DNA of 64,000 bases. It comes from Gammaproteobacteria bacterium. GTDB taxonomy: Bacteria; Pseudomonadota; Gammaproteobacteria; Arenicellales; JAJDZL01. The stretch spans positions 22,889 to 86,888 of the forward strand of contig JAJEHQ010000011.1 in assembly GCA_022823625.1 (NCBI GenBank). The letters are read 5' to 3'. The position numbers and the translations under genes are program-made. Positions within the stretch are counted from its first letter, which is position 1, and each line of letters opens with the position of its first letter. Under the pieces are notes generated by a model. It worked only from the letters and a program-made list of their open reading frames with translations, had not been told where the DNA came from and made no database searches. Of this stretch, positions 48,459 through 57,392 are shown one piece after another.

Positions 48459-49460
48459 TCAATCCCCATAGTGAATCATAGATGCGTTGTCTTTGTCTTC
48501 GTTAATATCGTCAATCGCGGTTTCAATGTCTGCAATAGCGCGCTTCAAATGCTCAGTGATGATTTGTCGATCATCAGTATAGGGAATGGTTTCAATCAAC
48601 TGATGTAGTTTGCCGACTGACAGCCACGCCTTGTGCCGCGCCCACTCCGCAAACAGAACGTGGTGTGGGTCGACCAGAGTCAAATCTGAAAATCGGCATA
48701 CATCCTCCACTTGCGAATTCAGCGGTACGTAACCATTAACCAGAGTGATTCTTTCGGCTCGTTGAGTCAGTCGGGTAGTCCGATGAACAACCATGTTGCC
48801 ATGCAACACAATGGCATATCCGGCACCTGGAAAATTGGGACTGACAGCCCGCTCTTCCGGTATGGGTATTCCTTTATCTGAAAATTCCTGTGCTTCGTCT
48901 CGAGTACCCAGAAAGTACTGAAAGTCGCCGCCCTGTAATTCGGTAGGGTCGGAAAGCATCAGTACGTAGTCGAGTCCAAGCGTATCGTAGTGCCACTTGT
49001 CAACTGCGCGATCCAAATCATCCGGTGCGAAATTCAAGTGTCCCAGATGCAGTGGCATGGTATGCGGTGCAACGGGTGTTTTAAAAATTTCGCCTAAGAA
49101 TTCAGTCACTTCTCGGCTCATGCAAAAGTCGCGTAAAAATTCAGACTGGTAGGTTCCACCTCGAACCATATTCTCAATTCGTTCGCAATTGACTGCATAC
49201 TTTTTGAGTGAACGGGCAACATCAAGCATGACTTCAACCCCTTCATCTGACAAAAGTCTGACGGCACTAGAGACGGCGAAGTCGGTTGAACAATTTTTGA
49301 TCTGATCGGGTCCATAGCCGAGGTCGTCCAGCCGCAATACTGATTCCGGCGGCTCCAACTGAAGGTGTCGGACAGGATCAAATTTGACCGGCTCACCTTG
49401 GTAGTGATATCCGTCTGGCAAGCGGTCTGGAAACGGTAGTGGTGAATTCAAACTTTGCAT
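48459..49460 (-). CDS. Uncharacterised protein with Fe(II)/2-oxoglutarate-oxygenase-like HxD...H...R pattern
   Basis: WHYDT (HxD), ~70 aa later NMVVHRTT (His), then RITLVNGY (Arg). Spacing fits the double-stranded beta-helix oxygenase facial triad. I recognise no specific family. Confidence 0.4.
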   Translation of the reverse strand: MQSLNSPLPFPDRLPDGYHYQGEPVKFDPVRHLQLEPPESVLRLDDLGYGPDQIKNCSTDFAVSSAVRLLSDEGVEVMLDVARSLKKYAVNCERIENMVRGGTYQSEFLRDFCMSREVTEFLGEIFKTPVAPHTMPLHLGHLNFAPDDLDRAVDKWHYDTLGLDYVLMLSDPTELQGGDFQYFLGTRDEAQEFSDKGIPIPEERAVSPNFPGAGYAIVLHGNMVVHRTTRLTQRAERITLVNGYVPLNSQVEDVCRFSDLTLVDPHHVLFAEWARHKAWLSVGKLHQLIETIPYTDDRQIITEHLKRAIADIETAIDDINEDKDNASMIHYGD

Positions 49461-49670
49461 ACTCTACTGACCTGACAATCGAAAGCGTTCCAGTGTTGAT
49501 GATGCAAAATTTTAAACTGACTTATAGAGTTGTAAATTCAATTTATTCGTACCAACTCCAGTGCGAAGCCAACGACGTTAAATTGTCAATCCCCTTGCCG
49601 GTCATTGCGATCATTGCAGGTGAAATAAAATGTGTGCGTTCCATTCATCCGTAACTCTCTATTTCACAGC

Positions 49671-50291
49671 GTGCTCGAAATCAATAACCTCGCCGGTACG
49701 AGAGGCGAACGCTTGCTGTTCAAGAATCTTTCGTTTGCTGTAAACGAGGGCGAATTGCTATTAATCAAGGGGCGAAACGGTGCTGGCAAAACCAGTCTGC
49801 TACGTCTGATTTGTGGGCTTGCCACACCCGATACTGGAGAAATCTTGTGGGATGGCGAATCAATCGCCAACATTCGTTCCGAGTACTTTCGTTCACTGGT
49901 ATTTGTCGGGCATGACAACGGTGTGAATCTTGACTTGACCGTTCAGGAAAACCTGAATTTTCATCAGGCGCTTAAAGGAAATCCTTCTGCACATTCAATC
50001 CCTGAAGTTCTGCAGAGATTGGGAATTTCCCGATATCTGAAGGTGCCCTGCCGGTTTTTGTCCGCTGGGCAGAAAAGACGCGTCGCTTTGGGTAGGCTCG
50101 CAATTTCAGATGCCAGGTTATGGCTGCTCGACGAGCCATTTACTTCGCTGGATGAACGGGCACTCGATGCAGTGAAAAATTTAATCATACAGCATCTGGA
50201 TCAGGGGCGACTGTGTCTTGCGACTTCCCATCAGACGATTGACTGGCGAGACAGTAAAGTCAACCAAATTCGGTTGGGGGAAGTTTCATGA
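49671..50291 (+). CDS. ccmA: Heme exporter ATP-binding protein
   Basis: GRNGAGKTSLLR Walker A, LSAGQKRRVAL signature, WLLDEP Walker B. The GTG at 49671 gives the typical (M)LEINNL N-terminus; the track start is 49632. Confidence 0.88.
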   Translation: MLEINNLAGTRGERLLFKNLSFAVNEGELLLIKGRNGAGKTSLLRLICGLATPDTGEILWDGESIANIRSEYFRSLVFVGHDNGVNLDLTVQENLNFHQALKGNPSAHSIPEVLQRLGISRYLKVPCRFLSAGQKRRVALGRLAISDARLWLLDEPFTSLDERALDAVKNLIIQHLDQGRLCLATSHQTIDWRDSKVNQIRLGEVS

Positions 50292-50959
50292 CCCGAGCAT
50301 TTGGGGCGCTCTTGAAACGCGATCTGACACTGGTTGCCAGAACACCGGGTGACTACACAACACCCGTCATTTTTTTTGTTGTCTGTACTACGCTGTTTTC
50401 GTTCGTCGCAGGCAAGGATATTGCAGTTCTGAAGTCAATTGGCCCCGGTGTAATCTGGGTCTCTGCACTTCTCGCCTCCATGCTTTCGCTGGAAGGATTG
50501 TTTCGAAGTGACTACGAAGATGGGACGCTCGAACAGATTTTGACGGCACCGGCACCACTACCACTAATAGTACTGGCAAAAGCCTTTGCACACTGGATCT
50601 CTGCTGGTGTACCACTACTGCTGATTAGTCCGATTCTGGGTATACTAATGAATCTTGATTTCCACAGCACGACAATACTAGTAGTGACAATTGCGATCAG
50701 TACACCCACTTTCAGTCTGATTGGTATATTTGGTGCAGCATTGGTCATCAGCCAGAAAAAGGCTGGAATGCTGCTCTCGCTGCTGACATTACCACTTTGT
50801 GTTCCCATCCTGATTTTTTCCGTTTCAGCTGTATCGGCTGCTGCTGATCAATTGCCAATTGGCGGGCATCTGATGTTGCTTGCTGCATTCTTCGTGTTTA
50901 CTTTGACGCTATCGCCGTTTGGTACCGCAGGTGCGCTTCGAATTATGTTGAGCAATTGA
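50288..50959 (+). CDS. ccmB: Heme exporter membrane protein
   Basis: 223 aa, 6-TM. FRSDYEDGTLEQIL motif. ATGA overlap with ccmA. Confidence 0.88.
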   Translation: MTRAFGALLKRDLTLVARTPGDYTTPVIFFVVCTTLFSFVAGKDIAVLKSIGPGVIWVSALLASMLSLEGLFRSDYEDGTLEQILTAPAPLPLIVLAKAFAHWISAGVPLLLISPILGILMNLDFHSTTILVVTIAISTPTFSLIGIFGAALVISQKKAGMLLSLLTLPLCVPILIFSVSAVSAAADQLPIGGHLMLLAAFFVFTLTLSPFGTAGALRIMLSN

Positions 50960-50960
50960 G

Positions 50961-51698
50961 ATGTGGCTTTGGTTTCATAAACTGAGCACTGCCAGGCATT
51001 TCTATGCACTGGCAACCAGACTGACCCCATGGTTGGGTTGGCTGGCTGGGATATCAATTGCAATAGGGCTCTATCTGGGACTGGTCGTTGCGCCGATCGA
51101 CTACCAGCAGAAAGATGCCTATCGGATTATGTTCGTGCATGTTCCATCCGCATGGATGTCTATGATGATTTACACTATGATGGCGGTCAGCGGCGCGATT
51201 GGGCTGATCTGGCGGATTAAGCTGGCACATGTGGCGTGTACTGCCGCGGCAACGATTGGAGCGTCATTTACACTCATCACACTGGTAACCGGATCAATCT
51301 GGGGCAAACCCATGTGGGGCGCATGGTGGGCCTGGGATGCGAGACTGACCTCAGAGTTGATTTTGCTATTCCTTTACCTGGGTTTTATTGCGCTTGAGTC
51401 CGCAATTCCAGACCGTACTAAAGGGCAAAAGGCCGGTGCGATACTACTACTGGCCGGTGTTGTCAATATTCCAATTATTCATTACTCGGTATTGTGGTGG
51501 CATACTCTTCATCAGACCGCATCAGTTTCGAAATTCGGTATCCCTTCGATACATATCAGTATGCTGATACCATTGCTGGTTATGACGTTCGGGTTCATGT
51601 TGCTGTTTTTGACGGTCCTGGCGCTTCGAATGAGAGCGATGATTCTGGAAACAGAGTATCAGTCGAAATGGCTTAGGCAGCTTGAGGAGTCCGGATGA
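50961..51698 (+). CDS. ccmC: Heme exporter / heme lyase subunit
   Basis: Trp-rich WGKPMWGAWWAWDARLTSE (WWD) motif. Confidence 0.9.
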   Translation: MWLWFHKLSTARHFYALATRLTPWLGWLAGISIAIGLYLGLVVAPIDYQQKDAYRIMFVHVPSAWMSMMIYTMMAVSGAIGLIWRIKLAHVACTAAATIGASFTLITLVTGSIWGKPMWGAWWAWDARLTSELILLFLYLGFIALESAIPDRTKGQKAGAILLLAGVVNIPIIHYSVLWWHTLHQTASVSKFGIPSIHISMLIPLLVMTFGFMLLFLTVLALRMRAMILETEYQSKWLRQLEESG

Positions 51699-51853
51699 GT
51701 TTTTCAGAATTTATTTCCATGAGTGGCTATGGGGAGTACGTCTGGAGCGCCTATGGTGTCGCACTGCTCGTTCTTGTTATCAATGTCGCCAGTGCGGTGC
51801 GGCGGTTGAGGAAATCCAGAAGACTGGATCATTCTGAAGACCAAGGCGAATAG
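51695..51853 (+). CDS. ccmD: Heme exporter protein D (not in the ORF track; 52 aa)
   Basis: ATG at 51695 overlaps the ccmC stop (ATGA). MSFSEFISMSGYGEYVWSAYGVALLVLVINVASAVRRLRK is the typical CcmD single-TM pattern. TAG stop at 51851-51853. Confidence 0.8.
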   Translation: MSFSEFISMSGYGEYVWSAYGVALLVLVINVASAVRRLRKSRRLDHSEDQGE

Positions 51854-52041
51854 TTTCGAGATTGTTGCTAATCCTCACCATCAGCTTTGTACGTGGTAAT
51901 CGCCGCCTACATGTTGAGAAAAAATCACAATGTTGATTTGAATTTTTGACTTTCAATCATAAAAACACAAGTCCGTTCAGGGACTTACCTTCTTAAATGA
52001 GAAACGCAAGATAGTCCCAAACTGCAAGGCGGAAAAAGTTT

Positions 52042-53289
52042 TTGACCGAATTTCAGGCAGTTCTAGGTATCGTTGCAATCATCGCAACAGGATGGGCGCT
52101 AAGTGAAAATAGGCGCGTTTTCCCTTGGCGAATCGTCATTGCAGGGCTTAGCGTTCAGATCGTATTCGCTGTTATCCTGCTTAAATTTCCCGCGTCTCAA
52201 ACAATATTTGTTCCAATAAACCAAGGTATCGGAGCACTGCAACAGGCAGTCGATTCTGGAACATCATTGGTATTCGGATACTTAGGTGGCGCTCCCTTGC
52301 CCTTTGAGGAAAGTTATCCTGGAGCAGCATTTGTTTTCGCATTTCGCGCTCTTCCGTTGGTAATCGTATCAAGTGCGGTTGCAGCTGTCTTGTACTACTG
52401 GCGGGTACTTCCATGGGTTGTGAGAGGGTTTGGATGGCTTCTTGGAAAAGCACTTCGTTTAGGAGGAGCTGCGAGTTTCGCAACCGCGGCTAATGTTTTT
52501 TTGGGAAGTGTGGAAGCTCCGCTGCTAATCAGACCTTATCTGGAACGACTAACTCGGGGTGACTTGTTTGTATTGATGGTTGCCGGTATGTCTACCATCG
52601 CTGGCACCGTTTACGTTTTATATGCCACCATTTTGCAATCAATCATTCCCGATGTTGCAGGCCATCTTCTGACAGCTTCCCTGATTAGTGCTCCCGCTGC
52701 AGTAATGCTGGCCCGATTAATCATTCCGGAAGATACGCAGCTTGAAGCAGCCGAAGTGTTCAGAGTTCCTCGACTATACGAAGGCACAATGGATGCTTTA
52801 ACTCAGGGTACTATTGCCGGATTACGGCTTTTTGCCTACATCATCGGTATGGTTCTTGTTCTGGTTGCTCTTGTCGAGTTGGTAAATATCATTCTTGGGT
52901 CTATTTTCGACATAGGTGGACAACCACTCACAATGCAGATGATTCTCGGCTGGATTTTAGCGCCGGTTGCATGGCTACTTGGAATTCCCTGGAGTGAGTG
53001 CTTTACAGCTGGACAACTGCTAGGAGCAAAAGTCGTGTTAAACGAGCTCATTACCTACATAGAAATGGCATCAATGTCTCCAGAAACATTAAGCCAGGAA
53101 AGTCGCCTGATTCTGACTTATGCAATGTGCGGATTCGCAAATTTTGGCGGTTTAGGTGTGATGCTCGCCGGTTTACTTTCTCTTGTTCCGGAAAGACGTA
53201 TTGAGATCATGGGGTTGGCAATGAAAACTCTGGTTGCAGGAAATTTAGCCGCGTACATGACTGCTGCAATGGCTTCGTTGATGGCATAA
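52042..53289 (+). CDS. NupC/CNT-family nucleoside transporter
   Basis: 415 aa multi-TM. N-terminal LGIVAIIATGWALSENRR and C-terminal CGFANFGGLGVM motifs typical of the CNT family. TTG start. Confidence 0.8.
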   Translation: MTEFQAVLGIVAIIATGWALSENRRVFPWRIVIAGLSVQIVFAVILLKFPASQTIFVPINQGIGALQQAVDSGTSLVFGYLGGAPLPFEESYPGAAFVFAFRALPLVIVSSAVAAVLYYWRVLPWVVRGFGWLLGKALRLGGAASFATAANVFLGSVEAPLLIRPYLERLTRGDLFVLMVAGMSTIAGTVYVLYATILQSIIPDVAGHLLTASLISAPAAVMLARLIIPEDTQLEAAEVFRVPRLYEGTMDALTQGTIAGLRLFAYIIGMVLVLVALVELVNIILGSIFDIGGQPLTMQMILGWILAPVAWLLGIPWSECFTAGQLLGAKVVLNELITYIEMASMSPETLSQESRLILTYAMCGFANFGGLGVMLAGLLSLVPERRIEIMGLAMKTLVAGNLAAYMTAAMASLMA

Positions 53290-53862
53290 AGAGACATAGA
53301 TGGAAAAAGAGGCTTCACCATTGCTCCGGAAATTGGGAGATAGAGTAATCGGACAGATAGGGAGGTACTAACAGGTAATTTCCAACGGCGCGGATTGAGT
53401 GGCAACTCCTAGACATCGTGCTATGGGCGGGTTCAAATACTCCTGGGTCCTTTAGATTGGGTGCGTGTCCGACTGAAATCACGTCAGAAAATAGGGAACT
53501 TGATTAGTGAATGGATTGGAGGGATAACCATCGGTTTTGTACGCAGCAATCGCCACTATGATGGTAGGTGAATTGAAATTCGCGGAACTCAATTTAAACC
53601 GCTGTTGACAGCTTTGAGTCAGCCAGTGCACATTGAATCCGGGCCTGCTGAATATGCGATACCAGTCGGCCGCACATCCGAAGGAGAAGTGCTCAGGGCA
53701 TCCAGCTCGGCCGACCATAAATCCTCGTGTAGGAGTATGATCGAACCAATTATCGCAACTCAGACAGATAACCGAATAGTCCAGCAGCATCCTGAATTTG
53801 GTCTTGATAGATGCGACATATTTCGATATACTTCTACTATATACTACATTAGGAGAATGTGA

Positions 53863-54108
53863 ATGCGTAGCGTTTCGCTAATGACTGCCAACCAGAATTT
53901 TTCCAAATTAATCAAACAAGTTGAGAGCGGCGAAAATTTCATAATTACGAGACGCGGACTTCCGGTAGCCAAGCTGACGCCTCATCAGTTGGACAAAACG
54001 GCAGACCCCGATTGGGTCTCCGCGTATGAACGGATGATGGCACATATGGATGAGGGTGTATCACTCGCGGGCCTTAGGGTCAAGCGTGAGGAGCTTTATG
54101 ACCGTTAA
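53863..54108 (+). CDS. Phd/YefM-type antitoxin (VapB)
   Basis: 81 aa; ANQNFSKLIKQVESGENFIITRRGLPVAKL. Preceded by AGGAGA and by two ATATACT direct repeats (53826, 53839). Confidence 0.8.
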   Translation: MRSVSLMTANQNFSKLIKQVESGENFIITRRGLPVAKLTPHQLDKTADPDWVSAYERMMAHMDEGVSLAGLRVKREELYDR

Positions 54109-54562
54109 AGGGCGTTTCACCCTGGATACCAACATTCTGATCTATGCTGTTGACCGTGACGCGGGACACAAACACGATTACTCAAAATCCCTTGTGGGAC
54201 AGGCGGCTCTTTGTGACTGCGTTTTGACGGTTCAAGTGCTAGGTGAGTTTGTTCATGCGACAACCCGCAAGAACTTGCTGGATATTTCCCATTCAAGCAA
54301 ATTCGTGAAAGACTGGTTAGAGGTGTTTGAAACAGCATCTGCCACCGACTTAGTGCTTCTTGAGGCAATTGACACCGTTGAAAGCCATAAGCTGTCATTC
54401 TGGGATGCAATGCTTTTGGTCACTGCCCGACGGTCGGGATGCTCAGCGCTCCTTAGTGAAGATTTGCAGGACGGGTGGCGACTACAAGGTTTAGAAATCA
54501 TTAATCCTTTCGCTACAGATGCCCCGGCGCGTCTTCAGGACTTCATTAAAAACGACTTTTAA
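54098..54562 (+). CDS. vapC: VapC PIN-domain toxin
   Basis: The ATG at 54098 overlaps the antitoxin stop. FTLDTNILIYAVD, later FWDAML and LLSEDLQDG PIN acidic residues. Confidence 0.82.
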   Translation: MTVKGRFTLDTNILIYAVDRDAGHKHDYSKSLVGQAALCDCVLTVQVLGEFVHATTRKNLLDISHSSKFVKDWLEVFETASATDLVLLEAIDTVESHKLSFWDAMLLVTARRSGCSALLSEDLQDGWRLQGLEIINPFATDAPARLQDFIKNDF

Positions 54563-54587
54563 TAACGAGCTTATGCTTGAGCAAAGG

Positions 54588-54875
54588 TCAGTGATTGGAC
54601 TTAAGAGATGCAATCCCTAGCATTAGTTCCTGAGCTTCAATGACTCCTTTTCTTAGTACCAGGGATTCCAGAGCTTTCAACCAACTTTCATAGTAAGGTG
54701 CTTCAGCATTTGTAGCGATCGCCTCCCCAAGTGAGTTGCTCCACTCGGCCCAACTGAACAAGCCCTGTTCGTGTAACTTCACAGTCAAGGCAAATGCATG
54801 CGCCTCCCATGGAGCTGCAAATACAGGCTCTTCACCGTTGCGATAAAACTTCGAAATTGAAGAGTCGGTGGACAC
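54588..54875 (-). CDS. Nitrile hydratase accessory (activator) protein
   Basis: 95 aa; EEPVFAAPWEAHAFALTVKLHEQGLFSWAEWSNSLGEAI resembles the beta-homolog accessory family. 1-nt overlap with the upstream gene. Confidence 0.75.
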   Translation of the reverse strand: MSTDSSISKFYRNGEEPVFAAPWEAHAFALTVKLHEQGLFSWAEWSNSLGEAIATNAEAPYYESWLKALESLVLRKGVIEAQELMLGIASLKSNH

Positions 54876-55219
54876 TATTCTTCGACCAGATAAGATTCAA
54901 AGAGATCGACATAAATGGCGCCGCGACGAGATTCATCTGCCCAAATATCTGCAGCTTCAAATCGCACACTGTAAAGACGCTGTGCTTGTTTAATCCCGTC
55001 GGCATGCAGGTCCGGGAAAATGAACATGCCGTGATCCGAGGCAATTTGGCCGCGGTGTCCTTGAACATATTCCGGCAGACGAATGTGGCCAGCATGATTG
55101 AGCACTTTTGCCGTCACTGAATCGCCGACGGAAAACTTCGCTTCACCATCATCAGCCATTTTGGCGCTGCCGCCTCTTTTCAGAGTTGGCCAGATGTCTT
55201 CTGCACTCAGTGCACTCAT
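54875..55219 (-). CDS. Nitrile hydratase beta subunit, C-terminal half as a separate polypeptide
   Basis: 114 aa; FSVGDSVTAKV...GHIRLPEYVQGHRGQI...FPD...LYSVRFEAADIW matches the C-terminal beta-barrel domain of NHase beta. Confidence 0.8.
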   Translation of the reverse strand: MSALSAEDIWPTLKRGGSAKMADDGEAKFSVGDSVTAKVLNHAGHIRLPEYVQGHRGQIASDHGMFIFPDLHADGIKQAQRLYSVRFEAADIWADESRRGAIYVDLFESYLVEE

Positions 55220-55530
55220 CAGGAATCACTCTTTGAAAGTTCAGACATCCGTTCGCGGATTTCCTCTTCAGTCAGAAGTCCCTTCTCCACCAGCAGCAGA
55301 CTTAATCCATGAGCCCACTTTTCGTAGTAGGTGGAAGCAAGGTACTCTGGGTCTGGCATCCGTTCCCGGGCATATCGCGCCATATCGAGATTCCACTCAC
55401 CCAAAAATCCACAGGCTACTGTAATGGCGAACGCGCGTTTTTCCCACTCGCGATGAAAAACCGGCTCGTCTTTCTCTGGTGCGATGGGACCTAGACCGGT
55501 CTTACCGCCTAAATCGTGTGCACCTTTCAT
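55219..55530 (-). CDS. Nitrile hydratase beta subunit, N-terminal half as a separate polypeptide
   Basis: 103 aa; [16 protein letters not shown]...[15 protein letters not shown] matches the NHase beta N-terminal domain. Stop/start junction is TGATG at 55219. Confidence 0.8.
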   Translation of the reverse strand: MKGAHDLGGKTGLGPIAPEKDEPVFHREWEKRAFAITVACGFLGEWNLDMARYARERMPDPEYLASTYYEKWAHGLSLLLVEKGLLTEEEIRERMSELSKSDS

Positions 55531-56141
55531 TGAATCACTTCCGGAGACAGTGCGAGCCCTGTTCCAATCATGGAGTCGCGGGTTACCAACTCAGCGAGTT
55601 CACTTTCCGACAGGTTTTCAGTACCTTCTGGACGCATCGGAATCACCAGGTACCGTACTTCCGCAGTACTGTCCCAAACACGAATTTCTACATCCTCGCC
55701 AAGTTCAACACCAAACTCCGCAAGTACACTCCTTGGTTCAGAAACTGCTCTCGCACGGTAGGGCGCTGACTTGTACCAGACAGGCGGCAATCCAAGTACA
55801 GGCCAAGGATAACAAGAGCAGAGCGTGCACACAACCATGTTGTGAACGGTTGGTGAGTTTTCGAGAACAACCATGTCTTCGCCCTGACGCCCTTCAAATC
55901 CGATTTCACGAATCGCGTCTGTCGCATTGTGCAGCAGTCGATGAAGATAATCTGGATTACACCACGCTCGGGCAACGACCCGAGCACCATTCTGTGGACC
56001 TACCCGATGCTCGTAGATATCGATCAACTCATCCAGAGCGAGTGGATCGACCAGCCCTTTTTCTATCAGTAGTGATTCCAGGGCCTTAACCTTGAGTTCA
56101 ACCTCTGAAGGGGGATGGGCATGCTTATGTTTGGAACTCAT
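55527..56141 (-). CDS. nthA: Nitrile hydratase alpha subunit, cobalt-type metal site
   Basis: [15 protein letters not shown] metal-binding claw (Thr variant). The ATG at 56141 is preceded by AGGTGG; the track ORF extends to 56162. Confidence 0.88.
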   Translation of the reverse strand: MSSKHKHAHPPSEVELKVKALESLLIEKGLVDPLALDELIDIYEHRVGPQNGARVVARAWCNPDYLHRLLHNATDAIREIGFEGRQGEDMVVLENSPTVHNMVVCTLCSCYPWPVLGLPPVWYKSAPYRARAVSEPRSVLAEFGVELGEDVEIRVWDSTAEVRYLVIPMRPEGTENLSESELAELVTRDSMIGTGLALSPEVIQ

Positions 56142-56242
56142 CAATAACCACCTGAAAAGCAATTTATGGTATTAACCTTATGATATTCAAATTCAGGCAA
56201 TTGTGAAACTGGCAAGAACTGAGTTGATTGATTAGGAATGCT

Positions 56243-57010
56243 TCAGACAAAAAACTGGGCGACAATCATTGCACCACAGCCTAGCAGAGCAACTGCAACG
56301 GTACGCTGCATGGTAATGGCAGAAATCTTATGTGCAATACGCGCTCCAATCAGCACGCCTGAAGACAGCCCGACCGCTACTGGGACGGCTAGTGCCCAAT
56401 CGATGGTACCATGAATGACGTGACCTAGCGTTGCGAACGGCGCAATAGGAATCTGAATCGCCATGCTCAAGCCGACCGCGACCATGATTGGAAAATCTAG
56501 CAATAGAAGAGTCGGGATCAGGAGCAATGGTCCACCCGTACCGCTCAATGAAGAGCCATACCCGACAGCCAAACCGACCAGTATCAATGCACCATTGGGA
56601 ACGCGGTGGATGCCGAGGCCACGGTTCTCACTTGATGACGAAAGGAATGCACGCAAACCCGACCCGATCACCAGTGTTGCCATGATAACTTCAAGCACCA
56701 GTGATGACACTGCAAGGACTGTAACCGACCCTAGGTACGCACCGGGTGCTGCACCGATCGAAATGAACAGTGCTTTATCCCAGCGAATTGAACCACGCTT
56801 TGCGTAGGCATAGTTTGCGAATATCGCATTCACGATAAATCCTGCCATACATGCGGGAATGACGATGTGAATGTCAATACTTGCGACGTAAACTAGAAAT
56901 GGGATAATCAGAATGCCGCCGATTCCGCAGGTACCGATTAACACACCCACCAGAAAACAAAATCCAGTGGTGACGGAATAGAACAAAACGGGCGTACTGA
57001 GGACGTCCAT
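56243..57010 (-). CDS. TauE/SafE-family (DUF81) anion exporter
   Basis: 255 aa, ~8 TM, Gly-rich repeated halves (GIGGILIIPFL ... GTGGPLLLIPTL). Confidence 0.75.
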   Translation of the reverse strand: MDVLSTPVLFYSVTTGFCFLVGVLIGTCGIGGILIIPFLVYVASIDIHIVIPACMAGFIVNAIFANYAYAKRGSIRWDKALFISIGAAPGAYLGSVTVLAVSSLVLEVIMATLVIGSGLRAFLSSSSENRGLGIHRVPNGALILVGLAVGYGSSLSGTGGPLLLIPTLLLLDFPIMVAVGLSMAIQIPIAPFATLGHVIHGTIDWALAVPVAVGLSSGVLIGARIAHKISAITMQRTVAVALLGCGAMIVAQFFV

Positions 57011-57062
57011 TTGAATCTAGATCAGGAAATTTGCCCCGCTCGGTTGGGGCAGTGGACAAAAA

Positions 57063-57392
57063 TCAAATGCCGAAAGACGATCCGCAACCACAGGTAGTGG
57101 ATGCATTCGGGTTTTGCACGAGAAATCGAGCGCCCATCAGATCGTCCAAGTAATCGACTTTGGCTCCCATAAGGTATTGGATACTGAGTGAATCGACCAG
57201 TAGGGTAATTCCATTTTCTTCAATGACGAAATCATCATCCTGCTTCTCCGTTTCCAATTGAAATCCATATTGGAATCCGGAACAGCCGCCGCCCTCAATA
57301 TAGACTCGAAGTCCGATGTCATTGTCGGACATCAGCTGCGATACGCGCTTTGCTGCGCTCGGTGATATTTCTACAGGTGTGCTGTTTTCCAT
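57063..57392 (-). CDS. erpA: Iron-sulfur cluster insertion protein (A-type carrier)
   Basis: GGGCSGFQY and C-terminal CGCGSSF motifs; 109 aa. Confidence 0.88.
   Translation of the reverse strand: MENSTPVEISPSAAKRVSQLMSDNDIGLRVYIEGGGCSGFQYGFQLETEKQDDDFVIEENGITLLVDSLSIQYLMGAKVDYLDDLMGARFLVQNPNASTTCGCGSSFGI

Noticed and set aside
53424-53450. GGGTTCAAATAC resembling a tRNA T-loop, a possible tRNA-fragment attachment site next to the VapBC/NHase block.
   Set aside because: No T-stem or acceptor-stem pairing can be drawn around it, so it is probably coincidental.
55219-55219. The split of the NHase beta subunit as a simple frameshift pseudogene.
   Set aside because: Not fully rejected, since the halves are in different frames. 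It is disfavoured because the split falls at the inter-domain linker, the second half has its own ATG in a TGATG coupling junction, and natural three-subunit relatives are known. It is kept as the alternative hypothesis in the finding.
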